A stretch of 64,000 nucleotides of DNA from Alphaproteobacteria bacterium MarineAlpha12_Bin1. GTDB lineage: Bacteria > Pseudomonadota > Alphaproteobacteria > UBA6615. The position numbers and the translations under genes were made by a program. The stretch is from NCBI GenBank assembly GCA_002937505.1, contig PTJY01000001.1, positions 472,986 to 536,985 of the forward strand, given 5' to 3'. Shown in pieces: positions 9,660-19,433 of the stretch (its first letter is position 1; every line of letters starts with the position of its first letter). Below the pieces are notes generated by a model. The model made no database searches. It was not told the DNA's origin and saw only the letters and a program-made list of their open reading frames with translations.

Positions 9660-10862
9660 ATGAATCTAGATTATAAAACGAATAACCCTGTTAAATTAGC
9701 GCAGGATTTGATCAAACTGCCAAGTGTCACGCCTCTTGATGAGGGCGTGATAGAATTACTTAGTGGCGTATTAAAAAAATTAGGTTTCGTTTGCCATATT
9801 AAAAAATTTTCTTCACCCAATACTGATGAAGTCACGAATCTCTACGCCCGTCTAGGAGATCAAAATCCAAATTTTTGCTTTGCAGGCCACACCGATGTAG
9901 TTCCAAGCGGCCCGTCAGAAAGTTGGGATAGAGACCCCTTTTCTGGTCATATAAGTGATGGAAACCTTTATGGCCGGGGCGCAGCAGATATGAAAAGTGC
10001 AATAGCAGCTTTTGTATGTGCTGTTGGAAGAATAACTGAATTATATGGCCCTCCATCAAAATGGAAGTTTCCAGGTTCAATAAGCTTATTAATAACAGGG
10101 GATGAAGAAGGGCCGGCGATAAATGGAACCAAGAAATTATTAGAGTGGCTAGAAAAAAAAGAAGAGGTGATTAGCACGTGCATAGTTGGTGAACCTACCA
10201 ATGAATCAGTGCTAGGTGATATGGTTAAAATCGGCCGCCGTGGAAGCCTCAATGGAACCCTTACAATTAATGGGATACAAGGACATACAGCTTACCCACA
10301 TCTTGCCAAAAACCCGGTTCATCATCTTATTAATATTTTGCAAAGTTTGATTTCTGAACCCCTAGATCAAGGAACAGATCATTTTCAAGCTTCTACTTTT
10401 CAGATGTCGAATATTGATGTGGGTAATCGTGCCACTAATGTTATTCCTGCCTCAGCCATCGCACAATTTAATATAAGATTCAATGATCTTCATACCTCTG
10501 AAAGTATAAGAAAGTTAGTTGAAAAAAGGATTGTAGCAGCTATCGATGAAGAAAAAATAGATTATGAGCTTGATATTCATGTTAGTGGTGAATGCTTTTT
10601 GACGCCACCTGGAGCCCTAAGTAATATCCTAATTTCATCAATTGAAGAGGTAACGGGGAGAACTCCCGTCCTTAGTACAACTGGTGGTACTTCTGATGCC
10701 CGGTTCATAAAAAACTACTGTCCAGTAGCAGAGTTTGGTTTGGTTGGAAAGACGATGCATAAGGCGAACGAAAACGTCCTATGCTCAGACGTTAATGCTT
10801 TAAGTAAAATATATATCTCAGTGATTAAAAAATATTTTCAGTTTGAAGAATTTAATGATTAA
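9660..10862 (+). CDS. dapE: Succinyl-diaminopimelate desuccinylase
   Basis: FAGHTDVVP, GRGAADMK, GDEEG, IGRRGS, GHTAYP, GGTSDARF; start 9660 (ATG) or 9648 (GTG). Confidence 0.96.
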   Translation: MNLDYKTNNPVKLAQDLIKLPSVTPLDEGVIELLSGVLKKLGFVCHIKKFSSPNTDEVTNLYARLGDQNPNFCFAGHTDVVPSGPSESWDRDPFSGHISDGNLYGRGAADMKSAIAAFVCAVGRITELYGPPSKWKFPGSISLLITGDEEGPAINGTKKLLEWLEKKEEVISTCIVGEPTNESVLGDMVKIGRRGSLNGTLTINGIQGHTAYPHLAKNPVHHLINILQSLISEPLDQGTDHFQASTFQMSNIDVGNRATNVIPASAIAQFNIRFNDLHTSESIRKLVEKRIVAAIDEEKIDYELDIHVSGECFLTPPGALSNILISSIEEVTGRTPVLSTTGGTSDARFIKNYCPVAEFGLVGKTMHKANENVLCSDVNALSKIYISVIKKYFQFEEFND

Positions 10863-11603
10863 TCAGAGATAATCAACCTGTACTAAATATAAACCATAAG
10901 CAGGTGCTGTTGGCCCTGCTAATGACCGGTCTTGAGCGTTTAAAACGCTTCTAACATCATCTAAGTTCCACTTGCCATATCCTACCATTGTCAGAGTACC
11001 AACTAAGTTACGCACTTGATGTTGCAGAAATGATTTAGCGCTAGTAGTCACCCTTATTTCGTCCCCAATGCGTTCAACTTTTAGTTGGTCAAGGGTTTTA
11101 ATAGGTGATTTAGCTTGACAGCTCGTTGCCCTAAACGATGAAAAATCATGAGTGCCAACAAGAGTCTGAGCTGCCATGTTCATGGCCTTTGCATCGAGGT
11201 GCGAAGGTGTCCACCATATTCTGTTTTTATCAAATGTCGGTGGAGGACGTCGATTTAATATTCGATATAGATAGTGTCTTTTAAGAGCACTAAATCTAGC
11301 ATGAAAATTGCCGTTTACCTCTTCAACTTTTAAAATGGAAATAGGAACTTTACGGAGAAAGTGATTAAGGGCGTCACGTAAAGTGTCCGAAGATATTTCA
11401 CGAGTAATATCACAGTGGGCAACTTGTCCTTGAGCATGCACCCCCGAATCTGTACGCCCTGCTCCGTGTACTTGCACCTTTACTTTAGTTAAATCAAATA
11501 ACGCTGCTTCTAATTCACCCTGAACCGATTTTCCGTTCTGTTGTCTTTGCCATCCAACAAATAAAGTTCCGTCGTACTCTATAGTTAGCTTATAGCGGGT
11601 CAT
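10863..11603 (-). CDS. truA: tRNA pseudouridine(38-40) synthase
   Basis: YDGT.F.GWQ, GAGRTDSGVHA, FHARFSA, FLQHQVR. Confidence 0.97.
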   Translation of the reverse strand: MTRYKLTIEYDGTLFVGWQRQQNGKSVQGELEAALFDLTKVKVQVHGAGRTDSGVHAQGQVAHCDITREISSDTLRDALNHFLRKVPISILKVEEVNGNFHARFSALKRHYLYRILNRRPPPTFDKNRIWWTPSHLDAKAMNMAAQTLVGTHDFSSFRATSCQAKSPIKTLDQLKVERIGDEIRVTTSAKSFLQHQVRNLVGTLTMVGYGKWNLDDVRSVLNAQDRSLAGPTAPAYGLYLVQVDYL

Positions 11604-12514
11604 GTTAGCAAAGAGCCCGTTTCAATGGAAAATCCACGCAATAAAGTCTCAACTGACATAGGGCGTCTTCCTTCCCTTTGCACAGTCTTGAGCCTTAGAC
11701 TGCCAGTACGACAAGAGACCGTTAGATTATTATCTATAACTACACCTGGTTCACCCGATCCTTCTACGAGCTCTACTTCAAGCACTTTTAATCGAACATC
11801 GCCTAAGTTGAACCAAGCTCCTGGCCACGGTGTAAATGCTCTAACTTTTCTTTCTATTTCCTCCGCTGTTTTATTCCAATCAATGCGGCCTTCTTCTCGT
11901 GTTAATTTTTGTGCATAAGTAATACCTTCTTCTGGCTGTGGTACTTCTTTGAGGCGACCAGAAAAAACCCCTTCTAGCGCCTCCACAATCATTCCTGAAC
12001 CCAAAATTGCCAATTGATTATGAAGTTTTTGAGAGGTTGTAAAGTCACGTATTGGCACTGTCTCTGATAGAAGCAACGGACCAGTATCAAGGCCTTCATT
12101 CATTCGCATTATTGAAACACCTGTTTCTTCATCACCAGCCATTATTGCCCTTTGAATTGGAGCTGCCCCCCTCCATCTAGGAAGTAGAGAAGCATGAATA
12201 TTAAAACAGCCAAACTTAGGTGCATCAAGAATTGGTTTCTTAAGGATAAGGCCGTACGCCACCACTATTGCAGCATCAAGGTTTAGTTCCTTAAATTCTT
12301 CTTGTACGGCCTCATCCGTAAGAGACGAAGGTGTGCAGACCTGTAATCCTAATTCACTCGCAATAGCATAAATTGCTGTTTCTTGAACTTTTTTCCCTCG
12401 TCCTGCGACTTGTGAGGGTTGTGTATAAACACGCACAATTTCATGTCCAATACCTACCAGAGCCCTAAGGGCTGGGACGGCAAATTCAGGCGAGCCAAAA
12501 AAAGCCAATTTCAT
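11600..12514 (-). CDS. fmt: Methionyl-tRNA formyltransferase
   Basis: FFGSPEFA, VVAYG, NIHASLLPRWRGAAPIQRAI; ATG start at 12514 preferred. Confidence 0.97.
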   Translation of the reverse strand: MKLAFFGSPEFAVPALRALVGIGHEIVRVYTQPSQVAGRGKKVQETAIYAIASELGLQVCTPSSLTDEAVQEEFKELNLDAAIVVAYGLILKKPILDAPKFGCFNIHASLLPRWRGAAPIQRAIMAGDEETGVSIMRMNEGLDTGPLLLSETVPIRDFTTSQKLHNQLAILGSGMIVEALEGVFSGRLKEVPQPEEGITYAQKLTREEGRIDWNKTAEEIERKVRAFTPWPGAWFNLGDVRLKVLEVELVEGSGEPGVVIDNNLTVSCRTGSLRLKTVQREGRRPMSVETLLRGFSIETGSLLT

Positions 12515-12552
12515 AAGAATTTCCAATTAAGAAAGAATGTTTAAACCTTTAT

Positions 12553-13071
12553 TTAAGCAGCCACCTTCTGCTTTTTTAATTTCTTCATCTTACGTAAAAT
12601 AATATTTCGTTTAAGGGGAGACAGATAATCCACAAACAAAATTCCTTCTAGATGATCGATTTCATGTTGTAGGCAGGTCGAAAGTAATCCTTTTGCCTCA
12701 ATCTCTTTTTGTTCACCGAACTCATCTAAATATCTCAAAAGTACATGATTAGGGCGTTTGACCTCTGCAAAGTGCTCAGGAAAGCTGAGACAGCCCTCCT
12801 CGGCAACGATGAGCTCTTCTGACGCACTAATAACCTCTGGATTTACAAGCTTTAATGGTCTTGGGTCTTCTCCTTCCCTTGATACGTCACAAACAATAAC
12901 TCGACGCGTATCACCAACTTGAGGAGCGGACAACCCAACTCCTGGTGCCGCATACATGGTCTCTAACATATCATCCATAAAATCCCTCAAAGGTTGATCA
13001 AACGTTTCTACATCAGAACATTTTATTTTAAGACGAGGATCAGGTGCTTGAATTATAGGCAACAAAGCCAT
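12553..13071 (-). CDS. def: Peptide deformylase
   Basis: GVGLSAPQ, EGCLS, QHEIDHLEG. Confidence 0.98.
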   Translation of the reverse strand: MALLPIIQAPDPRLKIKCSDVETFDQPLRDFMDDMLETMYAAPGVGLSAPQVGDTRRVIVCDVSREGEDPRPLKLVNPEVISASEELIVAEEGCLSFPEHFAEVKRPNHVLLRYLDEFGEQKEIEAKGLLSTCLQHEIDHLEGILFVDYLSPLKRNIILRKMKKLKKQKVAA

Positions 13072-13210
13072 TGATGAGGTTACCTTTCAATTTTGATAAA
13101 TAGTATCATAGATATCAATGATCGATAATTAAGATCTTGATCACTTTTAGTCAAGAAGTGATCCGACTCGGTATATTGCTTGTTATTATCCTCCAAGGAA
13201 GGAATCAATT

Positions 13211-14323
13211 ATGGACCCGCTAACAGCTACAATAGTTACCACGTTAACTCTAGTAATTGTATTTATCGCAGCTCTGTTGGCAGTTAGAGCCAAGACAAGT
13301 AGTCACATATCATTGCTGACCGAGAGATTAACTCAAATAACCGAGTACCAAGCAACCTCGTTGAGTCAACTTTCTCAAAAATTTCAAGAACAAGAGCGGG
13401 CTCTAACTAAATCGATTGATGAACGACTTTCCGCCACAAGCATAAGAGTAAGTGAAACGCTTGAAAAAAACATCAACGTCCAGAAGAGTTCACTAGACGA
13501 CCTAAAAGAAAGACTAGTTCGCATTGACACAGCTCAAAAAAATATTACCGAATTATCATCCCAAATGATCAGTCTTCAAGACATATTATCCAACAAACAA
13601 ACCCGAGGAGCTTTTGGAGAAGTTCAATTACATGATTTAGTGACATCCATACTCCCTCCAAATAGCTATACCTTTCAAGCAACATTGAGCAATAATAGGC
13701 GAGCTGACTGCTTGCTTGATTTACCCGTGCCACCTGGACCTATTGTTATAGATGCAAAATTTCCATTGGAGTCGTACAGAGCACTACAAAGTGCTGAAAA
13801 CGAACAATCTAATAAGCAAGCAAAACGTGCCTTTGCTTCTGACATTCAAAAACACATAACAGATATAGCTGAAAAATACATTCTACCTGGTGAAACAGCC
13901 GAGGCTGCATTGATGTTCTTGCCATCAGAGGCAGTTTATGCAGAACTTCACGCTAATTTTTCTAATGTCGTTGAAAAATCTTATCAAGCCAAAGTTTTTA
14001 TTGTCTCACCAACAACTCTCTGGGCCACCCTAAATACAGTTAGAGCAGTTCTTAAAGATGTACATATGAAAGAAGCAGCTGGGTTAATTCAAAAAGAAAT
14101 TATGTCACTTATAACTGACGTAAGTAGACTAGATAAACGCGTGGGAAATTTACAAAAACATTTTGATCAGGCTAGTGAAGACATGCGTGAAGTAAGAATT
14201 TCTGCTGATAAAATAAACAAACGTAGTGAATTAATCCAAAATCTTGAGGTTGATGATGACGCTGATAAATCTGACGATACAATGAGCCCCATAACAAAGC
14301 CTGAACTGCGGGAAATTAAATAA
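13211..14323 (+). CDS. rmuC: DNA recombination protein RmuC
   Basis: N-terminal TM, coiled coil, RGAFGE, IDAKFP, MFLPSEAVY, SPTTL. Confidence 0.93.
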   Translation: MDPLTATIVTTLTLVIVFIAALLAVRAKTSSHISLLTERLTQITEYQATSLSQLSQKFQEQERALTKSIDERLSATSIRVSETLEKNINVQKSSLDDLKERLVRIDTAQKNITELSSQMISLQDILSNKQTRGAFGEVQLHDLVTSILPPNSYTFQATLSNNRRADCLLDLPVPPGPIVIDAKFPLESYRALQSAENEQSNKQAKRAFASDIQKHITDIAEKYILPGETAEAALMFLPSEAVYAELHANFSNVVEKSYQAKVFIVSPTTLWATLNTVRAVLKDVHMKEAAGLIQKEIMSLITDVSRLDKRVGNLQKHFDQASEDMREVRISADKINKRSELIQNLEVDDDADKSDDTMSPITKPELREIK

Positions 14324-14368
14324 CATATAAATCAACTAAGCTAATTCAGAACGACTGTTAGTTAAAGT

Positions 14369-14962
14369 TTAAAACAGTCGTCGACTATTTATGGCGGTAG
14401 TTAGAGTGCCATCATCAAGGTAATCTAATTCTCCGCCAACTGGCACTCCATGAGACAGTCGAGATACTTTGACATCAATCCTTTGAAGACGTTCAAGAAT
14501 GTAATGGGCTGTTGTTTGTCCAGAAACTGTTGCTCCTGTAGCAAGAATCACTTCTTTCAGTTGAGGTCTTTCAGCTCTTTTCAACAATGTCTCAATATTA
14601 AGATCATTAGGGTTTATTCCATCTATTGCAGAGAGCGTTCCACCTAAAACGTGATAATGACCTCGAAAAACTGATGTTCTTTCTATAGCCCATAAATCAG
14701 CCACTTCTTCAACCACACATATGAGTTCAACATCTCGCTCTTCATCTGCACATATTCGACAAGGATCAATCGTGTCTAAATTTCCACATACACCACAATT
14801 GGAAATTGTACTAGCAGTTGATTGTATAACCTCTGCCAGGGGTAGCATAATTTGATCAGGCTTTTTAAGTAAATGTAGAGCGACACGTCTTGCTGACCGC
14901 GGCCCTAAACCCGGCAATTTCGCTAAAATCGATATCAAATGCTCTATTTCAGAAACACTCAT
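14369..14962 (-). CDS. recR: Recombination protein RecR
   Basis: LPGLGPRSA, C4 zinc finger CGVC..PCRIC, TOPRIM, GGELDYLD. Confidence 0.97.
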   Translation of the reverse strand: MSVSEIEHLISILAKLPGLGPRSARRVALHLLKKPDQIMLPLAEVIQSTASTISNCGVCGNLDTIDPCRICADEERDVELICVVEEVADLWAIERTSVFRGHYHVLGGTLSAIDGINPNDLNIETLLKRAERPQLKEVILATGATVSGQTTAHYILERLQRIDVKVSRLSHGVPVGGELDYLDDGTLTTAINSRRLF

Positions 14963-14977
14963 ACTAAATAAATTGAC

Positions 14978-15304
14978 TTAACTAAAAGGAATATTCATTC
15001 CTGGAGGTAGCTCTATTCCACCAGTCAATTCTTTCATAGCCTCAGCCGACTTAGCCTCAACTTTAGATTTAGCATCTGCGTGAGCAGCTACAATCAAATC
15101 TTCTAGAATTTCGGCTTCATCAGGATTTACTAATGAGTGATCTAATCTAATGTTCTTCATTTCTCCTTTTCCATTAAGAACTACTGTAACTAAACCCGCA
15201 CCTGACGTGCCTTCTACGCTCAACTCTTCTAAACTCTGTTGCATCTCTGCCATCTTAGACTGCATTTGCTGAGCTTGCTTTAACATTTGACCAATATTCT
15301 TCAT
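14978..15304 (-). CDS. ybaB: YbaB/EbfC nucleoid-associated protein
   Basis: MLKQAQQMQ, G.SGAGLV, LEDLIVAA; between dnaX and recR. Confidence 0.95.
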   Translation of the reverse strand: MKNIGQMLKQAQQMQSKMAEMQQSLEELSVEGTSGAGLVTVVLNGKGEMKNIRLDHSLVNPDEAEILEDLIVAAHADAKSKVEAKSAEAMKELTGGIELPPGMNIPFS

Positions 15305-15307
15305 TTT

Positions 15308-17323
15308 TTATTTTTCCTCATTGAACAAGTCATCATCTTCAATTTCTAATAAATTATCTTCATAGCTAGGGTCTGATAATTTGTTTTCAATGCGACTTAG
15401 TACCCGTTCAATTCTTGAGCCAGTAAAAGTTTTTAGTGCAGCTTTAACTACTGGGTCTTGTTCTGCGGCCATCTTTTCTACTTGATCTTTATTTGCGTCT
15501 TGTTCGAATAGAGTGGGGTCACCTTTTACATCTGATACACTTACAATCCAATGGTTTCCTTTCCATTCCCTCAATCGATTCAGAATCTCTCCAGCCAAGT
15601 TCGCCGGCGCTGATTCATTTGGTCTAATTTCCAGGTGACCTGGCGCATACTCTACCAGGTGGACATTCATATAAAGATGATTGCTTATCTGAACCTCTCG
15701 TTTTTCAGCAAATAAAGATATTAAATCTATAAAACTCATTGGATCACTTTTTTGGAGATCTTCCGCTTGAGGTAACAAGTCAAAATCAAGAGCCGCTTTT
15801 GCTCCACCGCCCAGCTTATCACCAGGCGACATGTTGGATACTTGTTTATTGTTAGTGGACTGTTCCGAATTCTCCAGAATGACAGTTGTTTGACTTTTTT
15901 CGATGTTATTTTCAACAACTTTTGATAATTTATCTACTTGGTCCTTTTCCTCATTTGCCTCTTTTAAGCGTGAAATTATTTCTGCTGGGGTGGGTAAATC
16001 TGCAGAATAAGCTAATCTAATCAAGACCATTTCCAAGGCCGAAAGTGAATTATGAGAGTTTTGGACCTCATCCAACCCTTTAAGTAAAATTTGCCAAGAG
16101 CGGGAAAGAACAGAAATTGATAAATTTTCGGCCAACTCTTTACCTCTAACTCTATCAATCTCTGACACAGAGGAAGACTCGGTTGTTCCTGAGACTATTT
16201 TCAATTTTGTGAGCCAGTGGCTAAGATTCAGTAAATCCTGCAATATTAAAAGTGGATCAGCCCCAGAAATATATATGGCGTTCAAAGTTGAAAGCGCTTC
16301 ATTAGTTTTTCCTGACATAGTAGCTTCAAAGATGTCATATAGAGCGCTTTTATCTACAAGGCCCAACATATTACTTACATCAAACTCACTGGCTATTTGT
16401 CCCGAAGAACAGTGAGCTGAAATCGTCTGATCAAGCAGAGACAATCCATCACGCACTGAACCATCGGCAGAACGACATATCACTCTTAAAGCGCCATCAT
16501 CAATATTGACTGTTTCTTTATTTATAATTTTAGAGAAATACTTAAACAGTTGGTCTTCACTGACTCTTCTCAAATCAAAACGCTGACACCGAGAAAGAAC
16601 CGTTAAGGGTACTTTTCTTACTTCCGTTGTGGCAAATACAAACTTTACGTGATCGGGGGGCTCTTCTAGGGTTTTGAGTAGTGCATTAAACGCGTTCCTC
16701 GACAGCATGTGAACTTCGTCAATTATATAGACCTTATATCTACCAAACACAGGTCTGTATTTTACACCATCAAGTATTTCACGAATATCATCTACACCTG
16801 TTCTACTAGCAGCATCAACTTCTATAACATCAGGATGTCTGTCTTGGGCTATAGCCACACACTGCTCATCATCATCTTTGGGTGTTGCAGTAGGTCCCTC
16901 ACTGGCATTTAAACATTTAGCAATAATTCGTGCTGTAGTTGTTTTTCCTACACCCCTAACTCCGGTTAGTATGAAAGCATGAGCTACTCTGTCTAATTTG
17001 AAAGCGTTTGTAAGCGTTTGAACTAAAGAATCTTGTCCGATCAGTTCAGAAAAGTTTTTTGGACGATACTTTCTAGCTAATACGACATAGTCGTCTGGAT
17101 TGTTGTTTTGTTTATCCGCAGTATTTTTTTGAGGATAACTATCTTCAATATCCAGCTTTTCTGAATCATTCAATTCGTTATCAATTTGCTCCGTAGGACC
17201 AAGAAAACTTGGTTGATTCACATCTTCTATTGTAGGTGTACTCGTATAACCATCACCTTCTGATTCATCCGAATGAACAGACTGTGTGTTCTCCAATTTG
17301 AATTCTTTTGAGTCACTAGTCAT
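15308..17323 (-). CDS. dnaX: DNA polymerase III subunit gamma/tau
   Basis: LARKYRP, GVRGVGKTT, IDEVHML, SRC; ATG at 17323 preferred. Confidence 0.97.
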   Translation of the reverse strand: MTSDSKEFKLENTQSVHSDESEGDGYTSTPTIEDVNQPSFLGPTEQIDNELNDSEKLDIEDSYPQKNTADKQNNNPDDYVVLARKYRPKNFSELIGQDSLVQTLTNAFKLDRVAHAFILTGVRGVGKTTTARIIAKCLNASEGPTATPKDDDEQCVAIAQDRHPDVIEVDAASRTGVDDIREILDGVKYRPVFGRYKVYIIDEVHMLSRNAFNALLKTLEEPPDHVKFVFATTEVRKVPLTVLSRCQRFDLRRVSEDQLFKYFSKIINKETVNIDDGALRVICRSADGSVRDGLSLLDQTISAHCSSGQIASEFDVSNMLGLVDKSALYDIFEATMSGKTNEALSTLNAIYISGADPLLILQDLLNLSHWLTKLKIVSGTTESSSVSEIDRVRGKELAENLSISVLSRSWQILLKGLDEVQNSHNSLSALEMVLIRLAYSADLPTPAEIISRLKEANEEKDQVDKLSKVVENNIEKSQTTVILENSEQSTNNKQVSNMSPGDKLGGGAKAALDFDLLPQAEDLQKSDPMSFIDLISLFAEKREVQISNHLYMNVHLVEYAPGHLEIRPNESAPANLAGEILNRLREWKGNHWIVSVSDVKGDPTLFEQDANKDQVEKMAAEQDPVVKAALKTFTGSRIERVLSRIENKLSDPSYEDNLLEIEDDDLFNEEK

Positions 17324-17364
17324 TGGTAGCCACCAACCCCACAATAGAGGCCGAAAAAGAGAAG

Positions 17365-17461
17365 TGGAAGACCGGTTTAATTCGACCCGGGCAAAACTCG
17401 TTACGGCTGCTTCCTTCCGGACCTGACCGGGTTGGCGAGGGGCCCGTCCGACCGACCTTCC
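17365..17461 (-). ncRNA. ffs: Signal recognition particle 4.5S RNA
   Basis: Reverse strand carries the helix-8 core CCGGTCAGGTCCGGAAGGAAGCAGCC with complementary ends GGAAGG...TCTTCC; upstream of dnaX. Confidence 0.93.
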
Positions 17462-17602
17462 GATATTACTATACCAGATCCTTCGCTAAGCGGAACCAAC
17501 TATTTCAAATCAATTGTTGGTATCTTCTTAAACTTATGTAACCTAAAGCGTTGCGATAACCAATCGATTATGAGACTTTCAGAATTTACAGGTGATAGTC
17601 TA

Positions 17603-18514
17603 ATGAACTCAAAAAACTTTTATGCAACTGTAAGCCTTGATAGGCAAGCAAATCGTCGCTCAGACACAGCGTGGATAAATGGAAAACTTAACTCTCAAAA
17701 AAGCAGAATTTTGCCAGTCTGGAGAGATCAAAGCCTAGTTTCAACGGGGAAATCATTTACCGCGGCTTATTTAACTCACGAAAGCCTGCAATCGTTAGAA
17801 TTAAAGGATAAACCAATTTTCTTAGGATCTCTTAATGATTATAGCTATTTTTGTGTAGATCTGAGCCACTTGGATTTACCTATAGAAGAGTTTCAATCAG
17901 GTATAGATAACGATTTCATAGATTTACGGCAAATAGGGGGAGTAATGAGCCCCGATGAGGCAAATTTGCTCGCCTATGCCCGCGGAATTAACTATTGGCA
18001 TAAACGTAACGTCTACTGCGGAGTGTGTGGGAAACTAACAATCGTTGAGGAATCAGGGCACCAACGACGCTGTAAAAACAAAAAATGTAACACTATTCAA
18101 TTTCCAAGAACTGATTCAGCCTGCATAGTCTTAGTGCATAATGGTGATAAAATTATTTTGGCCCGCGCTGACCGATTTCCTCCTAAAATGCAATCGGTTC
18201 TAGCTGGTTTTTTAGAACCAGGTGAGAGCCTTGAAGATTGTGTTGCAAGAGAGGTTTTTGAAGAAGTTGGCATCCACCTAACCGACATACATTATAGACA
18301 TTCTCAGCCCTGGCCTTTTCCCTCATCACTGATGGTAGGTTTCAGAGCTCGGGCAGTAAGCTTTGATTTAAGGCCGGATGAAAAGGAGTTAGTATCAGCT
18401 GACTGGTTTACCCGCAGAGAGCTGAAAGCCATTACCCCAGAATCTGATATTCAATTACCCAGAAAAGACTCTATTGCAAGGAGATTAATAGATGAATGGC
18501 TTGAAGAAGATTAA
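17603..18514 (+). CDS. nudC: NAD(+) diphosphatase
   Basis: CGVCG zinc motif, Nudix box GFLEPGESLEDCVAREVFEEVG, SQPWPFPSS; ATG 17603 avoids overlap with ffs. Confidence 0.95.
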   Translation: MNSKNFYATVSLDRQANRRSDTAWINGKLNSQKSRILPVWRDQSLVSTGKSFTAAYLTHESLQSLELKDKPIFLGSLNDYSYFCVDLSHLDLPIEEFQSGIDNDFIDLRQIGGVMSPDEANLLAYARGINYWHKRNVYCGVCGKLTIVEESGHQRRCKNKKCNTIQFPRTDSACIVLVHNGDKIILARADRFPPKMQSVLAGFLEPGESLEDCVAREVFEEVGIHLTDIHYRHSQPWPFPSSLMVGFRARAVSFDLRPDEKELVSADWFTRRELKAITPESDIQLPRKDSIARRLIDEWLEED

Positions 18515-18555
18515 TTGAAAAAATAAAGCACTCCATTATCGTAATTAATCAAAAC

Positions 18556-19425
18556 CTAGTTTCTCCTATACTCATCTGCAGGAAATGCCCCTATTATTTT
18601 TACCTGTGACGAAAAGTAATCTAATTCCTCCAAAGCTCTTGCTACAGCAGGGTCGGCAGGGTGCCCCTCTATCTCAGCATAAAACCTAGCAACACTAAAT
18701 CGCTCGCCAGTTATATAACTTTCTAACTTAGATATATTAACCCCATTAGTTGCAAACCCCCCCAGTGATTTATAAAGAGCAGCAGGCACTGAACGAACCT
18801 GAAATATCAACGAAGTGACACACGGGCCATCCATAGGATCAGGATCTCGACGAGCTCGAGATAAAACAACGAAACGCGTCGTATTCCCAATTCTATCCTC
18901 AAACCTATCCCGCAAAGGTTTAAGATTATAAATTTTTCCTGCGAGCTCTGGGGCTATAGCAGCTATGGTGGGATCCCCCAATTCAGAGACTTCTTTAGCT
19001 GATCCTGCAGTGTCAGCTCTTGAAACCGGTTTAATTCCCAACTGGCTAATTTGACCTCGACATTGCGCCAACGCCTGAGTATGGCTACGCACTTCCTTCA
19101 ACTTTTCTAAAGAAGATTTTTCGAGCCCAAGTAACTGATATTTGACTGGCAGATAGTGCTCTTTAACAATATATAGTTTTGATTCGGGAAGCAGATAATG
19201 AATATCAGCCACTCGGCCCCCTAGTGAATTTTCTATGGGTATCATTGCTAAATCAGCAGATCTCTCATTTTCTACCGCCGAGAAGACATCTTCAAAATTA
19301 CTACAGGACAAAGGGTTCATATCAGGAAAAACCTCCACACAAGCTATGTGTGAGTTAGAACCAGGAACCCCCTGATAAGCAATTGTTCTCTCTTCGCCTT
19401 CAATGTTATTGCTCTTAGCCGCCAT
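18556..19425 (-). CDS. pheA: Prephenate dehydratase
   Basis: AYQG.PG, PIENS, SH.QALAQC, NTTRF, C-terminal ACT domain. Confidence 0.95.
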   Translation of the reverse strand: MAAKSNNIEGEERTIAYQGVPGSNSHIACVEVFPDMNPLSCSNFEDVFSAVENERSADLAMIPIENSLGGRVADIHYLLPESKLYIVKEHYLPVKYQLLGLEKSSLEKLKEVRSHTQALAQCRGQISQLGIKPVSRADTAGSAKEVSELGDPTIAAIAPELAGKIYNLKPLRDRFEDRIGNTTRFVVLSRARRDPDPMDGPCVTSLIFQVRSVPAALYKSLGGFATNGVNISKLESYITGERFSVARFYAEIEGHPADPAVARALEELDYFSSQVKIIGAFPADEYRRN

Positions 19426-19433
19426 TTTTCAAC

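Noticed and set aside
15740..15905. E. coli-type dnaX -1 frameshift site (two AAAAAAG runs on the coding strand)
   Set aside because: Both are phased xAA AAA AGT rather than A AAA AAG, and I saw no clear stimulatory hairpin.
17323..17602. 72-aa ORF and the long N-terminal extension of nudC
   Set aside because: They overlap the SRP RNA and its promoter region; NudC similarity begins near Met 17603.
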